Assembly: GCA_951406725.2 (NCBI GenBank)
Contig: OX597819.1
Coordinates: 43,772,001 to 43,836,000, forward strand
Direction of reading: 5' to 3'
DNA: 64,000 bases
Source: Octopus vulgaris
Taxonomy: Eukaryota
A program made the position numbers and the translations under genes. This document shows, piece by piece, positions 36,970-50,508 of the stretch (its first letter is position 1; every line of letters starts with the position of its first letter). The notes beneath the pieces were generated by a model. That model ran no database searches and was not told where the DNA came from. It saw only the letters and a list, made by a program, of their open reading frames with translations.

Positions 36970-37332
36970 CGTTGTATGAACTAACTAGCAAACGTTACAC
37001 TTCCATCTTTCTTCTGACAGCTGTTAATATTTCCAGAAATGATTAAACTTGATGCACTGCTTTTGAAAGTCTAAAAAAAAATTTAGCTCAGTGACAAATG
37101 TTCTTTTAATGTGAAGTTTCAATAATTCCCGTTGTAGTCACAAAACGCTGTTAGTTGGAAGAATTTGTAATATTTCTCATTGGTGCTTGAATAAACAATA
37201 ACGTTTTTCCTCTGTCAGTAAATGCGTAAATATGTGAATGTGTGAATGTGTGGTGGGTTTGTACGAATATGGAAGCCTATCTGTATCAACGGTTGCCAAT
37301 ATATGTGTGTTTAATCTATCTATCTATCAATC

Positions 37333-37418
<86 letters not shown>

Positions 37419-37615
37419 CATTTACACATACAGATACATGCGTACATATATATATATATATATACACACATACATACATATATATATATATATACAAAAT
37501 GAGTGTGTATATATGTAGGTATGTGCGTGTGTTCATGTGTGCATGAGTCCATATATGTGTGTGCATTTACAAATTTACATGCCAGTGTCAATGAATGGTT
37601 GTCAATGTAATATTG

Positions 37616-37693
<78 letters not shown>

Positions 37694-37800
37694 AGAGACC
37701 ATGGTTACTTTAGTATTTTTGTTGCTTTTAAGACATCTGCCTTTCTTCATTTTACTCCTCCATTCATTCACTCGTTTTCTCACTAACCATCTCTCTCATC

Positions 37801-37862
<62 letters not shown>

Positions 37863-38359
37863 TGTGTGTATACATATGACTATTTAATTTCGTATATATA
37901 TATATATACATATACATATACATACATACACTCAATACACATACACCATCACCCCTTATTCCCACAAGAATTCTTAGAGTAATGGCAATTGTTTTCATTA
38001 GGGATAAGCTATTCAATCATACAGAAGCTATTTCCCCCCATTCTCCTCTCCTCCCCTTCTATATGTTTCCCGATACTCTTTCCTTATTTCTCACTCACAT
38101 CATCTATAGATCTCTCTGTCTCCCATTCCACTCTTTCACTTCCCTACTCTTTATCTTTCTCTCTCTTTATCGCTCTCTGTCTCTCTCTCTATTTATCAAT
38201 CTATCAATCTCCATCTCTTTGCGTTTAACGAGTTAATGGAAATTGGTAACGTTTGGCACCAGTCCCATGTCTTGGAGCTTACTAAGCCGGGAATATTTCA
38301 ATGTGATTCTGCTGCTATTACGGATAGCCATGGAGACTTGTGAATCTATCATACCATCA

Positions 38360-38407
<48 letters not shown>

Positions 38408-38486
38408 AATATACATACGTATGTAAACTTATACATATATGCATAAATACGCATATGATAGATGCATATGTTGGATTACATACAGT

Positions 38487-38517
<31 letters not shown>

Positions 38518-38526
38518 ATATATATG

Positions 38527-38626
<100 letters not shown>

Positions 38627-40092
38627 TGTATATGTATGAATATGAGAAGCTCTTTAGTGTGGAAAGGAAAGCAAGCCAACAAGATGAAATATCGGGAATT
38701 AAACATCCGAATAACTCAACGTGGTGTGAAATTGATAAACTGACAAGTTTAAAACATATTGCTACTGAAAGTAAATAAAGAAATAATATCAGAAATACTT
38801 TTAATCTTCATTCTGGCCAAAATTCACAGCTAGCTGAGTCCGCTGAAATAAACAAAAACTTAAGCACACATATATAAAGTCGCTAGTTCGTACCCGATTA
38901 CTGCTCATTGTTTTGCTTCTAATGTCAAAACTTTTTCACGGCTTTCTCCTTCTACAAAACGGTAGGAATTGCTTTTCAATAACATGTAGTACGAGTATTG
39001 TGCAATTAATTGTCAATTCCTTCGTTACCTTGCAGTTTTGTGTTCAATTTTTTCACTAGTGTCAGACAACATAAATGTATCTTAATTCAAGCTCGGCAAA
39101 TATATATAACATTCAGTCACATTTTCTGTCTGTTTTGCCGTTATTACTAGCTTCTGCTCTCGTACAAATTTTGTTGTTTAACTCAAGTTGCATTTGAACG
39201 GGCAGACCAATGATCGAAATTATTTCAGCTGTAACCATCCATTTTCTTACGCGTTTTTGATATACATATATATATACATATACACAGTCATGTATGATAT
39301 ATCTATTTATGCGTTCATATGTGTATATGCATATATGTATATGAAAGAGAGAGAGGGAGAGGAAGAGAATTTGAGAGGGAGTGAGAGAGAGAGTGTGTGT
39401 GTGTGTGTGTGTCAGAGAGAGAGAGAAGAGTGGAAAAAGGAAAGAATGAAGCATATGAGTCAGTGATGATAACGAAGGAGAGAGGTGTAGAGGTTAAAAA
39501 GAATAGGAATAACTGAAAGACGACAAATAGAAACACCGGGAGAAAACAGAGCCATGCTTTAAGCAATAAAAGAGATTAAGAATAGTTGAAAGGAGGTAGA
39601 AAAAAACATCATCGTTTTGACGAATAGTGTATAATACATACATACATACTTATATATATATATATATATATATATGCATATATATATGCATATGTATGAG
39701 ACTGTCTGTGTGCGTGTGCCTATGGTGAATGTGATACTTGGTGATTGCACGCTACAAAGGTTTAATAAGGCAACAGAGTATCAGAGCTGTCACATCAATA
39801 TAGAAGTAGTGGTATTATTGAATCAATGCATTCCATCGAGGACGTAGGCGACATTTACAAGATGTAATCAAGTGAGGTGAGATTACATCATTTTCTATAG
39901 CCGTCTCTTTGATTGGATCATACCAAAGTGAACTATATTGATATTGCAAACATATTCATCGCATACAGACATACACAGGCAGATAGGCACACAGACTCAT
40001 AGACACAGAGACAAGTAGACACACGGACATATTGTATTTCTGCGTACACACACGTACATAATTATGTAAACACATATATATGCATTTATCCT

Positions 40093-40158
<66 letters not shown>

Positions 40159-40278
40159 CATATATACATAGAAACATACATACATGTATATATACATACT
40201 CGCAAAAAGACACCTACGTATATATAAAAACTAAGAGATAAAAATTTTCTGTAACATTCATATACCATTACCCGATCA

Positions 40279-40325
<47 letters not shown>

Positions 40326-40569
40326 TATATATACATATATATACATATATATACCTACATCTATACACATAAAGGATATCATTACTATGCATATAGGCAA
40401 GCACACTCAGACATCCTGATATATGCACAAAAAAATTAATATAAACTGCAACAAGGAAGTAATCACAAACATGAACGCAGAAAAATAGATATTCACGTAT
40501 ATATTCAAACGTATACCACACCCATAAACCCCCACACACACATTATATATATATATATAATCTTTGAAT

Positions 40570-40905
40570 CTTTAAATTGTTTCAGCTTTAAAGCTGCCAT
40601 CATTCTGGGGCACGACTGTTGGTTGTACTCCACCATTATATAAAATCTTTGATATGTGGCATTTTGGTGAAAGAGTGGGTTTGATGCTGCTACCCTGATC
40701 TGTGTTTCCTGCCGTGGGATAGGACCATCTGGGACCCTTTACAGGAGGCGATCCTGTTTTGTTTTGAAGACACCTCCAAAACAGGCATTTTCGAAGGCTA
40801 TTTAAGAGCTGTGGGCCCTTGAAAACCAAGCTGTTGCAGTATCTGGTCCTGTATTTTGAAGGTAATGCTGGGAACTTTGGCACTCTGCAGTGGCACCTCT
40901 TTCTG
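40570..40905 (-). mobile_element. CR1-group LINE 3' fragment
   Basis: RCHCRVPKFP..YRTRYCNSLVFKGPQLLNSL parallels the C-terminus of the 50509-53527 element (IRHNYFTSIGPALFN). Confidence 0.65.
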
Positions 40906-41054
40906 CTGTTTGTGTAACTTCCAATGCAACGTATATACAGTTTCACACAGATATATATAAATGTGTGGGCATAGAGTTCAATGTATGCAGAATATACATA
41001 AAAGTGAATAGAGGAATATTAAAAACTACATTCTCTCCAATCATGCAAGGTGGA

Positions 41055-41212
41055 TGCTGTATATTTTTCAGACAATATAACTCGGATGTCACCACGAACA
41101 TAGTCTGGAAAGTTTTAGCTCTACTAAGAAATCCAATGAACTATTCAACACTCATAACATCAAGATCAGTTATTCCTGCATGGAAAAGTTTGCATGCCAC
41201 ATAACACATTAT
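41055..41212 (+). mobile_element. Penelope-like element ORF remnant (RT thumb/linker region)
   Basis: FFRQYNSDVTTNIVWKVLALL and, after a frameshift, LFNTHNIKISYSCMEKFACHI resemble PLE motifs WFNPPF..V.TNIG..FL and IFN..TIKISYSCM. Confidence 0.65.
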
Positions 41213-41245
41213 TTTGTAAAACTTCTATTATAAAGTATAGTATAT

Positions 41246-41460
41246 TCTTTTACTCTTACTTGTTTCAGTCATTTGACTACAGCCATGCTGGAGCACCGCC
41301 TTTAGTCGAGTAAATCGATCCCAGGACTTATTCTTTGTAAGCCTACTACTTACTCTATTGCTCTATTTTGCCGAAGCGCTAAGTTATGGGGACGTAAACA
41401 CACCAGCATCGGTTGTCAAGCGATGTTGGCAGTGGGACAAACACAGACACACGCATATAT

Positions 41461-41519
<59 letters not shown>

Positions 41520-41680
41520 CACGACGGGCTTCTTTCAGTTACCGTCTACTAAATCCACTCACAAGGCTTTGGTCGGCCCGAGGCTATAGTAGAAGACACT
41601 TGCCCAAGGTGCCACGCAGTGGGACTGAACCCGGATCCATGTGGTTGGTAAGCAAGCTACTTACCACACAGCCACTCCTG
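41246..41680 (-). mobile_element. SINE-B full length
   Basis: Reverse complement of 43874-44360 with internal (CA)/(TA). Confidence 0.92.
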
Positions 41681-42482
41681 ATTCACGATCATCAGACAGT
41701 TACGGGAAGTTGTTTGAAGTTTTCAGTTTTAATAAAATACTATTATACTATATACGCCGATACGTACAGACTTGCGAGCACACACATACACACATGTACT
41801 AACACACATGTACACACACACATACACACATGTACACACATACACACACACTGATAACCGATCGCACGCACGCCTTATGCATGTATGTGTCCCTCCCCTC
41901 CCAAGATTTCGATCCACCGAATTTATTAGATTTATCTCGCTTGTACGTCATTTTGATTTGAGATATTAAACACATCGAGAAGGAGAGTTTATCTACTAAT
42001 TGCGTTGACAATCTCAACTGAACAGAGCTTTTCAACGCATAATATCCCATATTCACACATACACTAACATGTATGAGATTCTTTTGAGGCATTTTCTGTC
42101 AGCCATACTGTTTAGATTTCGCTGTCGTCAAGTGTTCAAAATATTTTTTTCTCTCCGGTTATCTGAAGTTTTTTTTTATTGCTGGATTTTGTTCATCGTT
42201 TTCTTGTTTTGTTGCATTCCAACACGCACCCATTTCATATCTCCACTGATTTTGTAGGAAATTATTTTAACTCATTACACACGCTGTCAAACAAGGTTCG
42301 CAGTTGTTAATGATATCAAGCGATGTTTACATAACTAACATACATTTTACCTGCGCTGATTGAATTTCTATGCTTCTCCAGTATTTATAATGTATGCCTA
42401 AATGATGAAATATATAGCAAATATATATATATATATATGTACATGTATGGATTGATGTATGTACACATTCATATGTATGTGT

Positions 42483-42539
<57 letters not shown>

Positions 42540-42682
42540 TGAGTGTGTGAGTGTGTAAGAATGAGAGATAGGGGGAGAGTGTGTGTATATATAATAGTTA
42601 CGTGTAAATATGTATATATGTATTCATATTGTATATACATGTACACACATATATCCTAATGTAACGGTAGTAGCTGTAAGTA

Positions 42683-42735
<53 letters not shown>

Positions 42736-42779
42736 GTGTGTGTGCGTGTATGTATGGGGAGAGATAGATAGATAGATAA

Positions 42780-42817
<38 letters not shown>

Positions 42818-42939
42818 GGATGGATGGATAAATAGATTCGCTTAATATACAATATATTATGACAACATCATAACAGGTAATTAAACATGAAGTACAATGA
42901 AATTCTGCGCTTTTACCAAGACATATACGCATACACAGA

Positions 42940-42970
<31 letters not shown>

Positions 42971-43263
42971 GTCTCAATTGATTGGCTGTACTTCTTTATG
43001 ACAACGGAGAGAATCCGGCTACCAACTTTGTTTTCGGTAGCGAGAAAAATAAAAATTTATTCGTTAATATAATTAAATTTTCTCTGTTAATTATTCTTTC
43101 AATTATGGAGTACTTAACATTCGCATAAAGCTATTGTTTGGGTTTATTAAATTAAATTAGATTATTAACTCTTCAGATGAAGGAGGAATATAGGAAAGTG
43201 CATAATTTCTTTAAGATAAAAGCATAATCGCTCTCTGTTCATTAGTAGTGTAAGTGATCAAGA

Positions 43264-43319
<56 letters not shown>

Positions 43320-43320
43320 A

Positions 43321-43860
43321 CGTATGGAACAGGCTATCGGATGTTGTTATACATCGCTTGTCACAGTGCGCTTCAAATTCTTCCTTGGTTGCGCTATTCT
43401 TTTCCGCGTTGGCCAAAATCGTTTGACTAAATTGTCTTCCCATTACTGTAGAGACCTTCCGAATGGCCTTTATTGGATCACGTGGATATTACTCTGCAAC
43501 TGCACGGGTGCACATGCCGACTAAGAAGTTTGTGACGTGTTCGACCAAGCGGAATATGTACTTTTGGCATTCAGCGATCACGTTGTTAATTTAGCGCCGT
43601 TTTCAAATTACCTCATTTCTCGCAATAATATTTGCAGCATTGATCTATCCATTGCCCTTTGCATCGTGACCAATCGATGTCCTTCCTTCTTCATAGCAGT
43701 CTAAGTTTTACTCACGCACGAACGTACCGGAAGGAAATTGCTATTGAATAGCTTAGCTCGTATGTCTTCTTCAGAATTGCTTTGAGTACATCTTTTATCG
43801 AGGTAAACACTCTCCATCTTGACACCCTTATTCTCTGCGAGAGTTCAGAAGAATTGAACT
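43321..43860 (-). mobile_element. RTE-clade LINE 3' end, decayed, with (GTA)n tail
   Basis: Minus-strand IRAKLFNSNFLP..KKEGHRLVTMQRAMDRSML..RNEVI..TRAVAE*YPRD matches the RTE RT C-terminal pattern; tail is (TAC)n at 43265-43320. Confidence 0.75.
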
Positions 43861-43873
43861 TTTTTCCGACCTC

Positions 43874-44038
43874 AGGCGCAGGAGTGGCTGTGTGGTAAGT
43901 AGCTTACTTACAAACACATGGTTCCGGGTTCAGTCCCACTGCGTGGCACCTTGGGCAAGTGTCTTATACTATAGCCTCGGGCCGACCAAAGCCTTGTGAG
44001 TGGATTTGATTGACGGAAGCTGAAAGAAGCCCGTCGTA

Positions 44039-44137
<99 letters not shown>

Positions 44138-44360
44138 GTGTATATATGTTTGTGGGTCTATGTTTGTCCCCCCAACATCGTTTGACAACCGATGCTGGTG
44201 TGTTTGCGTCCCCATAACTTAGCGGTTCGGCAAGAGAGACCGATAGAATAAGTACTAGGCTTACAAAGAGTGGGTCCTGGGGTCGATTTGCTCATCCGGG
44301 GCCGGTGCTCCAGCATGGCCGCAGTCAAATGACTGAAACAAATAGAAGAATAAAAGAATA
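43874..44360 (+). mobile_element. SINE-B full length (reference copy)
   Basis: AGGCGCAGGAGTGGCTGTGTGG A box, GGTTCAGTCCC B box, CORE-like CCTTGGGCAAGTGTCT, internal (TA)n(TG)n 44037-44147, (TAAAAGA)-type end. Confidence 0.92.
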
Positions 44361-44575
44361 TAACGAATGTTGTTTCGGTCTTGCGGTTCTTATGGAAATT
44401 ATTTCGCAAGCATCCTTCTGTTGTTGAATGAAGACGTTTACATCCTGCCAACTCTAAGGACATACATACATAGATACACATACACCTATTTACATATATA
44501 CAAACCTTCATATACACACACATACATACGCATATATATATATTGAGTTGCATAATAGTGGTTTTATCTCTAATT

Positions 44576-44667
<92 letters not shown>

Positions 44668-44675
44668 CGTGTATG

Positions 44676-44935
44676 TGGAGGCGCGTGGCTTAGTGGTTAG
44701 TGTGTTGAATTCATGATCGTAAGGTTGTGGTTTCGATTCTTGGACTGGGCGACGCGTTGTGTTCTTGAGCAAAACACTTCATTTCACGTTGCTCCAGTCC
44801 ACTCAGCTGGCAAAAATGAGTAACGCTGCGACGGATCGGCGTCCCGTCCAAGCGGGGAATTTCTAGGCCACTGAAACCGGGAAACCGGCCTTTATGAGCC
44901 TGGCATGGCTCGAGAAGGAACATTTATTTTTATTA
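44676..44935 (+). mobile_element. SINE-C short form
   Basis: Same head and core as 16018; tail as in 28952-29223. Confidence 0.9.
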
Positions 44936-45081
44936 TATATATATCATATATCTGATATCATATTATCATATTGCATGTGCCCGTTTAGTGTTCTATCACG
45001 TTATACATAGATAAATACATACATATATACATATATATATATAGATACATACACAACACACGCGCACACACGTATATATTT

Positions 45082-45668
45082 ATGAGCCGCGAAGAACCGC
45101 TTAACTACCGGCCGGTTTCCCTTACTTCAATAGTTAGCAAGATGTTCGAAACCATCCTTAAGAAAAGTATGTTGCTCCACCTCCAAAACACAGCCTCTAT
45201 CTCTGATTCCCAACACGGCTTCGTGCCGAAGAGATCATGCTTGACCAACTTACTGGTAATGGAAGAATTGGTGACGCGTATCCTTGATGATGGTGATGCA
45301 GTTGACATCGTTTTATTGGACTTTGCCAAAGCTTTCGACTCGGTAAACCACCGCCTATTACTTGACAAGCTTCAAGCATATAGTTTCCATCCGGATATTG
45401 TACGATGGGTTGGTGCCTTCCTCTCAGATCGCTCCTTCCAAGTCCAAGTTAATGGTTCGCTGTCCGACGTCTCCAGTGCGAGCAGTGGCGTGCCTCAAGG
45501 TTCAGTGCTTGAGATAGTGAAGATGCTGACGACCGCTCGGTTCAAAGTCTCCCTTGACCACAAATGGCCTGAACTCTTTGCATGAACACCACCCTGTACA
45601 TAACTCCATGTCCCCCTACATGGCCTTGCTTTTTGCTTTTTGAGCCAAAAAAAAATTAACTTAACTTA
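45082..45668 (+). mobile_element. CR1-group LINE fragment with large internal deletion
   Basis: NYRPVSLTS..QHGF..SCLTNL..LDFAKAFDSV..SGVPQGSVL fused directly to the C-terminal peptide FKVSLDHKW; short (TTAAC)n tail. Confidence 0.9.
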
Positions 45669-46210
45669 TATGTTCGTATGTATTCACGTATGTTATATTT
45701 ATACAGATCGCCATGTACATACAGATAATCCTTCAGTAATTTTTTAGTTTGATGTTCAATTGTGCTTATATATAACTTGCACACGCACGCACACACACAC
45801 ACACACACATTCACACAGCACGTGTATATGTATCCTGTTACTCAATTGTTTCTGTCCTTTCTATGTTTACCTCCTTCACCTTTATGCCTTGTTTGTCCAT
45901 CACTGCAATGATATTTCCTACATCACATCTGCAACTAGAGAAGCAATTTAAAGCAATTTAAAGAAGCAATTTAGAGAAACAATTTAAAGTGTTCGGTTTT
46001 CAAACGGACCAAAACTACGCGGGATTCTGGTGTCCATAGCTGATGAGAGGATTTCCGTATGTATTTGTCCTTTGTCATTTTCCTTTAATCTCTTCCATGT
46101 TCTATTTCGACATTTATCACACACACATACACTCACACACGGACACGCACGCACACACACGCATATTAACAGAGGGAGAGAGGGAGAAATAGAGTGAGAG
46201 ATAGATAGAT

Positions 46211-46250
<40 letters not shown>

Positions 46251-46666
46251 GGAACGTTCATATTCTTACATAGAAAAGTAAGTATACACATACAAGCTGG
46301 CACTCACCCCACACATATACACACTCGTTCTATTTGCGAGCGATTATTGGTCTAACTCGACAAACACACCCAAAATAGAATATAGACAGTTAATCACAAG
46401 TTGGTACTTGTACAGAAACACACATATCCACACATACAAACCAAGCAAACGCATGCATGCTTACATGAACACATGCACACACATATGTATACATACACGC
46501 AAATGCATATGTTTTTACACACACACACACACGCACACTCATACACACGCATATACATATATATGCATATATGAATATACATACATATGTGTGTATATGT
46601 ATATGCATATATATGTGTGTGTGTGGGGGGGTGTATGCATACATTTATTCTTGCATGCAAACGTAT

Positions 46667-46794
46667 ATGCGGTAAGAAGCATGATTCCCAACCATATGAT
46701 TCCGGGTTCAGTCCCACTGTGTGGCACCTTCGGCAGGCATCTTCTACTATAACCTTGTGAGTGGATTTGGTAGATGGAAACTGAAAGAAGCCCG

Positions 46795-46854
<60 letters not shown>

Positions 46855-47095
46855 TGTATGTATGTATGTATGTATGTATGTATGTACGTATGTATTTGTG
46901 TTTGTCCTCCCCCCCATCATCGCTTGGCAACCAAATTTTGGTGTGTCTACGTCCGTATAGCCTAGCGGTTCTGCAAAAGAAAACCGATAGAATAAGTACT
47001 AGGCTTACAAAGAATAAGTCCTGGGGTCGATTTGTTCACTAAAGGCGGTGCTGCAGCATGGCCGCAGTCACATGACTGAAACAAGTAAAAGAAAA
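46667..47095 (+). mobile_element. SINE-B with internal (TATATG)n/(TATG)n
   Basis: Both halves match 43874-44360. Confidence 0.88.
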
Positions 47096-47105
47096 AGTGT
47101 ATGTA

Positions 47106-47225
<120 letters not shown>

Positions 47226-47304
47226 GCACACACATACAAATATATATGTATGTATAGATACAAATACACGCACACACAAATATATATATAAGCATATATG
47301 TGTG

Positions 47305-47351
<47 letters not shown>

Positions 47352-47404
47352 ACGTATATATATGTATTCTTATATATATGTATTTAGGCGCGTATGTGTA
47401 TGTA

Positions 47405-47440
<36 letters not shown>

Positions 47441-47502
47441 TGTATGTATGTATGTATGTATGTATGCATGCATGTATGTATGTATGTATGTATGTATGTA
47501 TG

Positions 47503-47559
<57 letters not shown>

Positions 47560-47862
47560 CTACCTTTACATACATGCGTACATACACATAATACTCGAAC
47601 ACCCATATATAACTCTCTTTTAGAGAAACTCATTTTAAAAGAATGCCATGTACACCAGCATATACGGATATGCGTATACACATATTTGTATGCATTCATA
47701 AATTGCAAATAGCAATGTACACAATACGCGCATGCATAAATAGAATTCGTATACGCACACACCAAACATACCCTGGAATATACATATCATTATAGTCAGC
47801 GTGTAGAAAGACGTCCTCACATAGTCTCTGTCTGCACGTCTGTCAGTCTGTCTATCTATGTC

Positions 47863-47899
<37 letters not shown>

Positions 47900-48037
47900 T
47901 TCTTTCTGACACACATACTTGGAAATATTGAAGAGACACTTTCAGTTATAAATATATCCGTACGTGCGCGCAAAACACGCGCATATGTGCAAACAGAAGT
48001 GCTCAAATGTGTGTACATGTGTGTGTGTGTGTATATG

Positions 48038-48074
<37 letters not shown>

Positions 48075-48102
48075 ATATATGTGTGTGTGTGTGTGTGATG
48101 TT

Positions 48103-48310
48103 TGCGTGTGTATGTGCGTGTTTGTGTATGTGTGTGTATATATGTATATATGTTTGTGTATATACCGTTGCGTGTGTATGTGCGTGTGTGTGTATGTGTG
48201 TGTATATATGTATATATGCTTGTGTATATACCGTTGCGTGTGTATGTGCGTGTGTGTGTATGTGTGTGTATATATGTATATATGTTTGTGTATATACCGT
48301 TGCGTGTGTG
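48103..48310. repeat. 66-bp tandem repeat (about 3 units) built from RY microsatellite
   Basis: TGCGTGTG starts at 48103, 48169, 48235 and 48301; each unit ends TATACCGT. Confidence 0.85.
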
Positions 48311-48837
48311 TGAGTGTATACACACGGAAGCGCATACGTGAAACGGGTACATAGATATAAAACATGTGAAAAGCACATTAATATAACATATACAAACACA
48401 CACACACACAACACACGCACACACACACACATACACAAGCATGTACATACACAGTGAAAGACAGCAGACACACATATATACACACACATATGTATACACA
48501 CATATACACACGCATACACACATATATACACACGCATACACACAAGCACGAAACAAGCTAACCTCATTAATGCGTCTGTCTATGTGGTGCCGTTGACGAT
48601 GCTGTCGGTGATGATGATGCTGTTGACGGTAAAGGTGATGATGATGGTGGTGGTGGTGGTGGTGGTGGTGGCGGTGGTGTTAGGGATGGTGATGTGGTGG
48701 TAGGTAACTTTATGGGGGATACATAACGGTTAAATGACAAATTACGCTTTGATCTGGATTAGATTTGGTTTATGTCATGGCTGGTATGGCGGCGACATCG
48801 TGAGGCGACGGCGCGCTGCTGCTACTGCTGGTGATGG

Positions 48838-48868
<31 letters not shown>

Positions 48869-48989
48869 GGTGGTGGTTTAATTGGTAGTGGCGATGGTTG
48901 TATGCGATGCTGTGTGGTTATGTATAGCGTGCATTGGTAGTGGTGGCGGGGTTGATGGCATTGATGCGATGTGTTGGTGATAATGATGC

Positions 48990-49105
48990 TGATAGAGTCG
49001 GTAGTGGTGGTGGTTTACAGTGCATATTGAATGAGGGTGGCGATAATAGTCCATGTGGTGTGTAAGTATATATGTATTTATTGTCTGTTTATCTGCCTGT
49101 CTGTC

Positions 49106-49146
<41 letters not shown>

Positions 49147-49196
49147 ATATGTATATATACTTACACACTCATACCTGCGGGCGCGCACGCACACGC

Positions 49197-49241
<45 letters not shown>

Positions 49242-49377
49242 GAGGGAGAGAGACAGACAGCAGACAAACGGACAGATAAACAGAGAATAAATACATATAT
49301 ACTTGCACACGCCACATGGAATATTATCCCCACTCTCATTCAATATGCACTGTAAACTACCACCACCGACTCTATCA
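48990..49377. repeat. Long inverted duplication (foldback)
   Basis: TGATAGAGTCGGT..TTTACAGTGCATATTGAATGAG..CCATGTGG..AAGTATATATGTATTTATT..CTGTTTATCTG (48990-49110) is the reverse complement of ~49240-49377. Confidence 0.92.
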
Positions 49378-49382
49378 CCTCC

Positions 49383-50187
49383 ATGATGGGTAAGTTGACG
49401 CCATTTAAAATTTTTAATTTCGCACATGCGCATTGTTTGTTTTTGATTTTGGTAGGGTCAGTTGGGCACCGACTGTGAGAAAAACTGCATCATGACGTAA
49501 TTCATGATATGCTGTACGGCTTCGTATTCGCGCTGGACGCTCCAATACGAACATTTCAGAGTGTTTGGCTGTCAATCTGAGGTCAGTGCAATCTGAGGAC
49601 ATATACGAAGTGTGATAAAAATCAAACATTCAGTGAACATAACGGTGTTTAGAGTGATCACTAGTGATATTGACGTTATGCCTCCGTTCATCTTCCCACG
49701 GAGCCTGAGACTCAACACAGAGGCCTACATCAAATGCCTGGAGGAGTTAGTGCTGCCCTAGGTCAAGAGGGTGGTTGCTGGAAGACCCTATGTCTGACAA
49801 CAGGACTCTGCACCATTCTACACAAGAAAGAGAAGCCAGTCATGGCTGTCAGAAATTTTTGCTACCACATCACCCCTAACATCTGGACACCTAACTTCCC
49901 AGATTGTAACCCCTTTGATTATTATGTGTTCGGGGCAGTTGAGCGAGAAACCAACGATGAATTGAAATCAAGGATTGTGGCTGCATTCACCAGTTTAAAC
50001 TTGGAGACCGTCCAGAAGAGTTGCAGGAGATTTCGAAGTCGTCTGCAAGCCGTGGTCGAAGCCAATAGCGATTTTACTGAATAAATTTACTCTTTAGTAT
50101 TTCAAGATATTTATTTAATGTAATTTTGGTAAATATATCTGTTAATATGAGATGTCAGTGGTATTATCATTTTATTCACTGCACCCT
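49383..50187 (+). mobile_element. Internally deleted DD37D/maT-like transposon
   Basis: DIDVMPPFIFPRSLRLNTEAYIKCLEELVL, YV*QQDSAP, TPNIWTPNFPDCNPFDYYVFG; right end GCACCCTG is the reverse complement of the CAGGGTGC terminus at 4375. Confidence 0.85.
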
Positions 50188-50223
50188 GAATATATACATA
50201 CATATATTGTGTATAGGTATATA

Positions 50224-50305
<82 letters not shown>

Positions 50306-50363
50306 GTATGTATGTATGTATGTGTGTGTATTGTGCATCAGTATATATTTATGTATTGTGTGC

Positions 50364-50394
<31 letters not shown>

Positions 50395-50471
50395 CACACA
50401 ATACACACACGCATACACACACACTTATGTATATTGTGTATATGTATGCATTCTCTCGTTCTCTCTTTCTT

Positions 50472-50508
<37 letters not shown>

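Noticed and set aside
45990-46095. CTGATGAG at 46040 in Penelope-LTR-like pyrimidine-rich context
   Set aside because: No downstream GAAAC or closing stems; possibly a dead remnant but not supportable.
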